Shown here: positions 32,936 through 43,100 of the stretch, one piece after another | How positions within the stretch are numbered: the first letter of the stretch is position 1 | Layout of the letters: every line of letters begins with the position of its first letter | NCBI GenBank assembly: GCA_016937975.1 | Contig: JAFGVN010000053.1 | Span: 34-64,033 of the forward strand | Length of the DNA: 64,000 bases | DNA from: Clostridia bacterium | GTDB lineage: Bacteria; Bacillota; Clostridia; Peptostreptococcales; Acidaminobacteraceae | Direction: 5' to 3' | The notes under the pieces: generated by a model | What the model saw: the letters and a program-made list of their open reading frames with translations, nothing else | What the model was told of the DNA's origin: nothing | The model's database searches: none | Made by a program: the position numbers and the translations under genes

Positions 32936-35011
32936 TTATTCTTCTTTTTTTGCTTCAGCGATGATTTTTTCAGCCAAATGAGTCGGAATTTCTTCATATC
33001 TTGAGAATTCCATATCAAACCAACCTCTCGATTGAGTCATTGATTTCAACTCAGTTGCATATTTAAACATTTCAGCTAAAGGCGCTTCAGCAACTACCTT
33101 TTGGAAACCCTTAACAACAGCAGCTTCCATACCGAGCACTCGACCTCTTCTCCTGTTCATATCGCCCATGATATCTCCCATGTAACTCTCAGGAATAAAG
33201 ATATTAATAGAATATATAGGTTCCAACAAAACAGGTTTAGCTAAATTACAACCTTTTTTAAAAGCAATAGATGCAGCCATTTTAAATGCCATTTCTGAAG
33301 AGTCAACAGCATGATATGAACCATCCAATAAAGTTGCCTTTAAGTTCACTACAGGGAAACCAGCTAGAACACCTCTGTCCAAGCATTCATGTAAACCTTT
33401 TTCAACGGCTGGGATATAGTTCTTTGGTACAGAACCACCAAAGATTTTTTCTTCAAAGATGAAATCTTCATCACATGGCTCAAATTGAATATGAACATCA
33501 CCATATTGTCCTGAACCACCTGATTGTTTTTTATGTTTTCCTTGTACCGTTGCTTTACCCTTAATGGTTTCACGATAAGCAATTTTTTGATCTACTAGAT
33601 CTACATCAACGCCAAAAATATTTTTTAACTTATTGGTTATAACTCCTAATTGAATAGAGCCTTGACCACCAATTAACAATTGATGGGTTTCCTTATTTCT
33701 TTCAACCACAAAGGTTGGATCTTCTTCAGTTAACTTATGTAGTGCTTGACCAATTTTTTCTTCATCACCTTTGGATTTAGGTTCAACTGCCATGAAAATA
33801 CATGGTTTTGGATAATTGATCCCTGAATACATGATAGGTTTGCCTTTATCACACAAGGTATCGCCTGTTTCAGAATACTGCAGTTTTGAAGTTGCGCCAA
33901 TATCGCCAGCTAAAATTTCATCAACCTCTAATTGCTCCTTACCTCTTAGTAGGAATACTTGCCCAATTTTCTCAACTCTATCTCTAGTTGAGTTAAGAAC
34001 TTCCATATCTTTTTTCATTGCACCTGAATAAACTTTGAACAGAGAAATTTTGCCTACAAATGGGTCAACTACAGTTTTAAAGATTAATGCCGATAACGGA
34101 CCTTTTTCATCCACTTCTCTTGTAAGTCCTTCTTCTGTATCTGGATGTATACCTTCATAAATACCATCATACATATCATGAGGTGTTGGTAAATAATCGA
34201 AAATCATATCCAATAAGGTGTGTAAACCAATTCTTTCTGTAGCAGAACCAACCAGTACAGGAACTATATCATTGTTAATAACACCTTTTCTTAAACCATC
34301 ATGTATTTCTTGAGTTGTAAACGCTTCACCCTCAAAGTATTTTTCCATTAAAGATTCATCAGATTCTGCCACTGCTTCAATTAACATATCTCTAATTGGA
34401 GAAACTTTTGCTTCTAACTCATCTGGAACAGCAGTTTCAACACAGTCATCACCTTTAAATTCTTTTGCAATTAAATCCACAACGTTTACGAAACCTTTAA
34501 AATCTGGTCCTAAACCCCAAGGTACTGCAAAAGGTGCTACTTTTTTACCAAATGTATCTTTTAATTCACGAATGACCTTAACATAATCGATATTCTCTTT
34601 GTCCATTTTATTAATAAAAATCAAACGAGGTAATTTACGATCTTCACAATAACGCCAAGCTTTTTCTGTACCAACTTCTATGCCAGATGTAGCATCTACC
34701 ATAATCACTGCACCACCAGCAACTCTTAATGAAGAAAACGTTTCCCCAACAAAGTCAAAATAACCTGGTGTGTCAATAAAGTTGTACTTCGAATTATTCC
34801 ATTCTACTGGAATTACGGATGTACCAATACTGAATCCTTTTTCAATTTCAGCTTTATCAAAATCTGAAACAGTTGTACCTTCTTCAACTTTACCCATACG
34901 CTTGATTTGCTTTAAAGTATAAAGAATTGCCTCAGTTAAAGTAGTCTTTCCTGAATGTCCATGTCCTAATAGTGCTATATTTCTTATTTTGTCATACTTG
35001 TAACTCTTCAT
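32936..35011 (-). CDS. Elongation factor G paralog (EF-G II-like)
   Basis: 691 aa with five-domain EF-G architecture. G1 is GHGHSGKTT. Switch II reads DTPGYFDF (Tyr in place of the catalytic His), then NKMD. Confidence 0.88.
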   Translation of the reverse strand: MKSYKYDKIRNIALLGHGHSGKTTLTEAILYTLKQIKRMGKVEEGTTVSDFDKAEIEKGFSIGTSVIPVEWNNSKYNFIDTPGYFDFVGETFSSLRVAGGAVIMVDATSGIEVGTEKAWRYCEDRKLPRLIFINKMDKENIDYVKVIRELKDTFGKKVAPFAVPWGLGPDFKGFVNVVDLIAKEFKGDDCVETAVPDELEAKVSPIRDMLIEAVAESDESLMEKYFEGEAFTTQEIHDGLRKGVINNDIVPVLVGSATERIGLHTLLDMIFDYLPTPHDMYDGIYEGIHPDTEEGLTREVDEKGPLSALIFKTVVDPFVGKISLFKVYSGAMKKDMEVLNSTRDRVEKIGQVFLLRGKEQLEVDEILAGDIGATSKLQYSETGDTLCDKGKPIMYSGINYPKPCIFMAVEPKSKGDEEKIGQALHKLTEEDPTFVVERNKETHQLLIGGQGSIQLGVITNKLKNIFGVDVDLVDQKIAYRETIKGKATVQGKHKKQSGGSGQYGDVHIQFEPCDEDFIFEEKIFGGSVPKNYIPAVEKGLHECLDRGVLAGFPVVNLKATLLDGSYHAVDSSEMAFKMAASIAFKKGCNLAKPVLLEPIYSINIFIPESYMGDIMGDMNRRRGRVLGMEAAVVKGFQKVVAEAPLAEMFKYATELKSMTQSRGWFDMEFSRYEEIPTHLAEKIIAEAKKEE

Positions 35012-35175
35012 GCGCCTTCCTCCTTGTGATTTTTATTTTATCGCACTTCGTAAGTATTCTTCATTTGACAACTAAACTCCTTCTTTATTTCAATCTTTTT
35101 TTGAAATATTCTAAATATTTTTAGTTTTCTGTGAAATGTTTAGCTACGAAGCACAATTTCCTTTTAAATTTAGAA

Positions 35176-35204
35176 CAAAAAAACTCGGTAAAATAACCGA
35201 GTTT
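35176..35204 (-). terminator. Intrinsic terminator after the Nif3-like gene
   Basis: Hairpin AAACTCGG-TTATTTTA-CCGAGTTT plus T-run. Overlaps the stop codon. Confidence 0.8.
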
Positions 35205-36024
35205 AAGACAATATGCCTGACATTTTAGTCACACTTAAGCCTGCTTTTTCCCAAGCGTCAATGATTACATTTAAACCAATAGAATCACTAGCCATATGAC
35301 CTGCAACAATAATGTTGCCAATATTCTGTTCTTGAACAGCTTTTTTAACATCTTCAGGTACATGCATACACACAATTGTACCTACACCAGCTTCAAAGTA
35401 AGCTTTCATAACATCTGCACCACCATTGGTGCCACCCGCCATTAAGACAGCTACCCTACCCGCATAATCTTTACCGCCACCAACACGAATTACCGGACCT
35501 GCAATTGCATTTTTATAAATGTCCATGTCATTTAAAGCGTCAATAACATCTTCTAATGTCGCTTTTGGTTGGTTTTTTAATTTATCATCTAAATGCTTTT
35601 GAACAATACTTTCTGTAATGACATCTGCAGGCATGTGAATGTTCATATAAGGCATATTTAATAGTCTTGCACTTGATGCATGACGATCATAATTTCCCAC
35701 ATGTCCACCTAATTCAATTGAAGCTTGTTTTTTTCTAAGCATTTTTTGTGCTTTATTTATAGGCACACCATATTCTACCATTTTATCTATTTGTACATCC
35801 ATCACCTTATGGAAATGAACTGAAGCACCTTCTGCTTTTGGATGGTGACTTACAACGCAGTCATATCCCAATTCTTTTGCTAGTAATAGCTCTGGTGTTT
35901 CCATATCAATACCAATTAAAACATTTTTAACATCATCACCTGGAACTTGAATCCCTGAATCAAAAGGAATTTCCTTAAGACCAGCTAACTCCAAAGCGAT
36001 GTCCATCATCTGTTGTGTATTCAT
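35203..36024 (-). CDS. Nif3-like dinuclear metal-centre protein (DUF34/GTP cyclohydrolase 1 type 2 family)
   Basis: 273 aa from ATG 36024 (after AAGGAGGG). Motifs VVSHHP and AGHMASD resemble the Nif3 family. The track ORF is 20 codons longer. Confidence 0.6.
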   Translation of the reverse strand: MNTQQMMDIALELAGLKEIPFDSGIQVPGDDVKNVLIGIDMETPELLLAKELGYDCVVSHHPKAEGASVHFHKVMDVQIDKMVEYGVPINKAQKMLRKKQASIELGGHVGNYDRHASSARLLNMPYMNIHMPADVITESIVQKHLDDKLKNQPKATLEDVIDALNDMDIYKNAIAGPVIRVGGGKDYAGRVAVLMAGGTNGGADVMKAYFEAGVGTIVCMHVPEDVKKAVQEQNIGNIIVAGHMASDSIGLNVIIDAWEKAGLSVTKMSGILS

Positions 36025-36125
36025 AATGTCCCTCCTTAACCACATTTTACCACGTAGTGACCCAAAAGAGCAGACCTTTAACAATTTTTAATATTTATTT
36101 ACGAAAAAAATAGTATCCGAAGATA

Positions 36126-37040
36126 CTATCCTTGAAGTTTAACCAGTAGCTCGTTTAATACTCTATCGGCATCCTCATGTGACACTTGACAGGTGCCAGC
36201 ATTTTTATGGCCACCACCACCATAGGACAACATAATTTCACCAATATTGACATCACTTGAACGGTTGATAATGGATTTCCCCACAGTAAAAACTGTATTT
36301 TGCTTCTGGAAGCCCCAAATGACTTGAATCGATATTTTGGTATCAGGAAACAAAGCATACTTCACAAAGCGATTTCCAGGATAAATCAAGTCTTCGTCTT
36401 TAAGATTTACGACCAGGACATCACCATGAACTTCTGCATTTTCTCTGATTTGATTATAAAACTGATCTTTATAACTAAAGAACAAATCCACTCTTTCCTT
36501 AACATCAGGCAAATCCAAAATTTGATTAATGTCATGATCTCTACAATAATCAATGAGATCCATCATCAAATTATAGTTTGATATTCTAAAGTCTCTAAAT
36601 CTTCCTAAACCCGTACGAGCATCCATTAAAAAACTCAATAGTTCCCAACCTTTAGGATCTAAAATATCTTCTTTAGTAAACCATGCTGCATCAGCTTTAT
36701 CGACAGCTTCCATCATTTCATCACTAATATCAACAAAGGTATCTTTTCCACCATAATAATCATATACGACTCTTGCTGCACTAGGTGCATCAGGATCTAT
36801 GATGTGATTATCCTTCTTTTGATTCCGAATGGTTTCACTTAAATGATGGTCAAAAGCTAAACCTATGCCTTCAACATAAGGCAAATTTGTTGAAATATCA
36901 TTTTCATTAACTTCAATTAGACCATCCTGCATATCCTTAGGATGTACGAATTTGATATCTTCAATGAGATCCATTTCTTTTAAAAGTACTGCACATACAA
37001 GACCATCAAAGTCACTTCTAGTTATCAATCTTTTTTTCAT
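36126..37040 (-). CDS. DHH/DHHA1-family phosphoesterase
   Basis: 304 aa. Motifs DFDG, AFDHH and GGGGH. Confidence 0.75.
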   Translation of the reverse strand: MKKRLITRSDFDGLVCAVLLKEMDLIEDIKFVHPKDMQDGLIEVNENDISTNLPYVEGIGLAFDHHLSETIRNQKKDNHIIDPDAPSAARVVYDYYGGKDTFVDISDEMMEAVDKADAAWFTKEDILDPKGWELLSFLMDARTGLGRFRDFRISNYNLMMDLIDYCRDHDINQILDLPDVKERVDLFFSYKDQFYNQIRENAEVHGDVLVVNLKDEDLIYPGNRFVKYALFPDTKISIQVIWGFQKQNTVFTVGKSIINRSSDVNIGEIMLSYGGGGHKNAGTCQVSHEDADRVLNELLVKLQG

Positions 37041-37114
37041 GGTTGGCCTCCCTTTTCAAAATACTTTTACCACAATAAAGATCTAAATAAACATTTATCT
37101 TCCAGACTAAGGGA

Positions 37115-37152
37115 TAAGAAAAAGCAGTCTAGGAAAACAAACTTCCCAGACT
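37115..37152 (-). terminator. Intrinsic terminator after the giant protease gene
   Basis: Hairpin AGTCTGGGAA-GTTTGTT-TTCCTAGACT (one mismatch) followed by GCTTTTTC. Confidence 0.7.
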
Positions 37153-37172
37153 ACTTTTTAATAAGAGACGTA

Positions 37173-40100
37173 TTAATCGTTTAGTTTTACTGTTGTTTGA
37201 GTTGCTGCTTCAATAGCACCAATCAAAGTCATATCGTTAACATCCTTGAATTTGGATGTTTCAACTTCCAACGCATCACGTCCTATTAATTTGTTGATCA
37301 TTAATACGACTTGACCTCTTAATGCAGGTGCATCAGGAGCATACGCTGTTAAAGATTGATCTAATACTTGTGCATTAAATAATCTAAAGATATGAGCTGC
37401 CGCCCAGTGATTTGCAGAATCAGTTAATTGAGCAACTGGATCAGCTTTCACTTCAATATTTTGGAATGACCAGAATTTACTAAATGTTGCTGCTAATTCA
37501 CCTCTGGTAATTTCTTGATCAGGTCTAAATGTACCATCTTCATAACCAGAGAAGATACCAGCTCTTGCTACTGCATTAACATAATTGTACGCCCAGTGTG
37601 ATGCATCCACATCACCGAATTTTTGACCCATGGTTGTTTCAACATTTAATCCTAAGATTTTAGAAAAAACCACTGCTAATTCAGCTCTTGTGATTGTACC
37701 TTCAGGTTTGAAAGTACCATCTGGATAACCACTCATGTAAGGTTGGTTAAATGTTACATCACCTAATGGTGTTACTTCATCGCCAACTAATAATACTTCA
37801 ACACTAGCTGTAGCTTTTGCAGTACCAGTTTCAAGTGCAGCTGTTATTGTAGCAGTTCCAGTACCTACTGCTGTAACTAAACCATTAGCATCTACAGTCG
37901 CAATTGTATCATCACTTGATGACCAAACTACAGTTGTTTGATCTGTACCTGTTACAGTAGCATCTAAATCAAATGTAGAAACTTCAGCTTCTGTTCCAAC
38001 TTCCAATTCAATCGCATCTTCATTCAATGTCACTTTTGGAGTTTGGACAACTGGTGCTGGAGATGGTGTTACAGTTGGTGGTGTTACAGGTGTTGAAGGT
38101 ACATCTGGAGTTTCAGGTTCTAACCTTATAATGTTATAAACAAAACTCACATGATTTGCTTCAGGTGCATTAGGCGTCATCGTAAAAGCGCCTTCTGCAT
38201 TGTTATTAATTACAACTTTACCTTCTTCATTTATAGAGACATTTTCATTACCTGATACAGTCCAAGTATCATCCAATTTCATTAATTGATCATATTGATC
38301 ATAGAATTCTGATATGATATCTAAAGTTAATGTTGCATCTTCTTCTAAACTGATGCTAAAGGAATCAGTCTCGAAGTCATAAATGAATAGATCTCCTTCA
38401 AATGGTACACGAATACCTTCAAAGTAGCTTGGAACTTCAACGCTAACAACTTTTCCAACATGGAATCCATCTAATTGTAAATCTAACTTTACATCATTAG
38501 TAATGTTGAAATTATAAGCATTTATGCTTACTAAGCCATTATCGTCAACAAGAATATTTCTAACGTCATTTTCTTCGACAGACTCATTTTCTAATACTTC
38601 GATCTGCCAAACTGGGCTACCTACTTGTGGGAACAAATCACCATATTGATCTAATAATTCATAAGAATAACTGGTTTTACTACCCTCGTTATGCTTATTT
38701 ACAATCTTGTCAGGACCATTGATTACAAGTGTAGTTGCCTCTGGATATGTTTCTCCATCTTTTAATACATAGAACATATATACATTTTCAGTTAACGTAC
38801 CTGCAGCGTCTGATGCAGACACAACATAGTAGTTCAAACCTGGATGTAAATCAATTGTTTTATCATATGCAAATTCGATTGGTTGAATTTCATCTTCATA
38901 TGCGACAAAATCATGTTCTTCAAAATAAATGACACTATCATTTTCTTTTACGGTTAAACTAGGGAAATTGTCACCCGTGAATACACTTATGTCAATTGAA
39001 GTTGTACCTTGCTCCAAGTAAATTTTCTCAAATGGTGCAACAACATTTTCATCAGATTTTAATTCTACTACTGGTGCTTGTGAATCAATGTAGAACCATC
39101 TCGTAAAACCTAATCGATTTCCTAATATATCTTCTGCTTCAACAAATATGCCAGTTTTACCATCTTTTTCAAATGCCATTTCCTTTGTGAATGCATAGTT
39201 GCCATTATCTAATTTTTCATAATTCACTTCTTCACCATCAACAGCAACTGTATCTAATAACATATCTGTTACTAAACCTTCTAGAGTAAACTCTCTTTCA
39301 GTGATGATTCCAAATGGCTCTACATTCAAAGTAACTGCAGGTACTGTACCTTTGACCAACTGTACTAGTCTAGGACTTAACGCTTCATTGCCACCAAAAT
39401 CTGACACAGCATAAGCTACAAACATTGGCGGATTCTCTAATTTAGAAATATCAAATATACCTGTATCATTAGACTCTAATACTTTGAGATTCACTAGATC
39501 GTAATTTTCATCAAATACAGGTTCTAATAAATAGTAATTTTCAACACCTGACAATTCATCATATGCAGAAATTGAAAACTTACCTGTTTCATAATTATAA
39601 CCATTGGTTACAATTACAGGAGCAACCGTATCAATCATCAATGGAATATCTTGAGTTTGTTGTTCTCCAGTTGCCAATTGACCAGTATATCTTAAGAAAT
39701 AATTACCATCAGGTAAAACTTCATAGTTTACTGTACCGTCAAACAGGGCGTCTTCCATAAATGTAGCTTTTGGACCATCACCATCAACGAAATGCTTTCT
39801 CATTGCATCTCTGATTGCCAATGTTTTAAGCACATCACCGGATTCAGAAACAACTTGAACATTAACGTTCATCATATTTCTTAATAAAGTAATATATGGT
39901 ATGATGATGTCTTTATATCCGTCATCGTTAGGTGAGAATACACTTACTGGATCCATGTAATATAAATCTTCACCTATAGCTTGTATATATCCAGAAACAT
40001 TATAGAACGAATCTGCATTATGTCTTGGAGCATCAAATCCTGGTGCATCAGACCATTCGCCATAGAATGCCATTACTGGTACTGATAAATCAACTGTTCT

Positions 40101-43100
40101 ATCAAATACTAGACCTGCTTCTACTAAAGCGTTGTATAATGGTAAAACTGCTGCTTCAAATCCTTCTGTTAACGCTTCTGCTTCTTCTTTTGCAATGTTT
40201 TTAGTTTCTTGATCTAACATCATTTGATCATATTCAGCTTGTAACAATGCCAACGCTTCAATCAATGCATTATAAGCTTCTTCCGATTCAAGTTTAGCAT
40301 CTTCTAAAGCTGATAAACCTTCCAAATATGCATCATAATCTGTCAAATCAGTTTCATCGTATGTTGCTTGCAACAAGCTTAATGCTGCTTTTGCATTATC
40401 AACGATAACCGCTTCTTCCAAAATGTCTTTTGTATTGTCTAAAATAACTTGATTTAAATTAATGCCTTGATTTACATTTGAGTGGAACAATACTGATTTA
40501 TTGATTTTTGTTAATTCAATGTTCCATTTTGCTTTTCTATCTAGAGTATTTTGAATTTTACCTTGTAATTCTGCTATTTTCACTTCATCTGGAGTTTCTT
40601 TAGCTTGTTCATTAGCAAGTTTGCCTTCCAAATTAGCTATTCTAGCTTCAATCTCAGGTCGTTTGACTTCTTCAATCCAAGTTTTATAGCTTTCAAAATC
40701 TGCCATATCAAGAATCATATCAATAAACTTTAATTCAGCTTGAAGCTCTTGAACTTTTGAAGTTAAAGCATTTAATTTTTCAGCTCTTTCTACTTGTGAT
40801 AAACCTAAGAAATCTTCAACTGTCAAGGTATTAACTACTGCTTCATATTCATTTAAAATTGAGATCATATGGTTAATCTTTGAAATCAATTCAGCTCTTT
40901 GAGCTTCTGCCCAAGGATTTGGATATACTGATCCTTCGTCGATATCATCAATTGCATTAAAGATTTCTGACAAGAAGGTGTAATTACCTTGGAATAATGT
41001 AGCAATACTATAATCTTGAGCATTTGATATTAAGTTGCCTTTAGATTCATTGTAAGCGTTCATTGCTGTATCTAGATTAGCTTTAGCTGCATTGATTTTT
41101 TCGATTAATGCTAATACGTCTTCAACTTCAGCAGCATTTTCTGATACATAAGTATCAATTTCAACTTGATTAGCATCAACTAATGCTTGCGCTTCATCTA
41201 CTTCAATTTGTTTAGCATCAATTTCATCTTGCTTTGTTACTAAATCAAGTTCCAATTGAGCCAATTCAGCTGTTAAAGTTTCAATTAACAATAAGTTTTC
41301 ATCTCGAGCTTCTACAGCTTCATTATATGCGTTTTCAGCTATAGCTACATATGCTTCAGATTGATTGAAGAATACAAATGATTCTACAAAGTTACCATTA
41401 GGGAATATTTCCTTAACAGTTTGACCAGCATAATTCACTGCATATGTGAAATCATACGAGAATTTAACTGTTTTTACCGCTTTAGGACCCAATACAATTG
41501 GACCATTTACAGGTTCTCCACCTATCGTTACTTGATAACCTACGCCTTGCATAGCATCAGTTGACAGTAAGTTATAACCTTTGTATGCGTCTTGAATTTG
41601 AGTGTAAATACCCAAGTCATATGCAATAGTTTCGTTTCCAAAGTTTCTAATTCTTAATGAGAAATTCAACTTGTTGTTTTTAATTTCTCCACCATTCACT
41701 TTTGCCAAGCCACTGTTTGGTTCCCAAACAACAGCAGGTGTAGTTAATGCCTTTTCAAGATCCATAGAACCTGCTCCTTGTTTTCTTACAGAAGCAAATC
41801 CATACTCTTCTTGAACTGGAACTGCAGTGTTCATCAAAATGTTTTTAGCAAAGTTTACCAACTGTTGTTCTGTTAAACCCAACTTGTTAAAAATAGGATC
41901 TTCTTTTATTCTTTCAAGCACCAATGCTGCTCCACCTGCTGCGTGAGGTGACGCCATTGAAGTACCACTCATATATTGATATCCATTGTTATTTGCCAAT
42001 GACCAAATGTTGCCACCTGGAGCTGCAATGTCTGGCTTAAAGCTTAGGTCTGGTGTTGTACCCCATGATGAGAAACTAGACACTTGACCAGAAGCCGGAT
42101 TTGAATAACCTTCGTTAGTTGCTGTAAAGTTAACTACAGGTTGTTCTGCCAACAAGGCTTCTAAAATTAAGCCATCCGCTTTTGAAATCATCATAAATGG
42201 TACTGCCCAAGCACCTTGATCTTTATAGAATTGTGCTAAACCATGATCATATACGATGATACCAGCTGCACCTTGAGCTGCTGCATTTTCAGTCTTATCA
42301 AAGAATGAATATGCGCCACGTGATACCAAAACAATCTTGCCTGTTACATCTAAATCAGCATAGTTATCAGGTGAACCTAATTTATCACCACCAATAGCAA
42401 CAAGTTCATATGAGCCTGCCCATCCATCTTTACCATAACCCATTATAGGATTATCTAATCCTTCTACCACTACAGTATTATTATATAATGTACTATAATT
42501 ATCCACTGAAGCGACTTGCAAAGATTCTGCTACTAAACCTGGTGAACCAACAACACCAACATCTGGGTTAGTCGCATAAGGGAAAGCTTGTCCTGAGTTA
42601 TATCCATAATATGCAGAGTTACCAGCAGAAATAGCCATAACAATACCGTTTTCAGTTGCTCTAGTGATTGCTTGTTGTTCAGGATCATTTTCATCCACAA
42701 AAGCCGCAGATGAACCTAATGATAAATTCATCACATCAGCACCTAATTTAATGGAATCATCAATTGCTGCAATAATTACATCACCAAATGTTGATGGAAA
42801 TTCAGGATCATTACCAAATACTTTCATTGCCAATACTTGAGCATTAGGTGCAACACCTTTGATTTCTCCATTAGCTGCAACTGTACCTGCAACGTGCATA
42901 CCATGCATTGAAGCACCAGCACCTAAATCTCTGATTTCCCAATCTCTGTCCATATAGTTGTAACCATACGGAACCTTTGCAGTGAAAAATTTACCAGGGA
43001 GTCCTTCAGTCTGTACAATCAGTCCGACTTCTTTAGCTGTAAGTTCCTCATCAACTAAAGTTGGGTCCATTTGCATGTCTTTATGATTGAAGTCTATACC

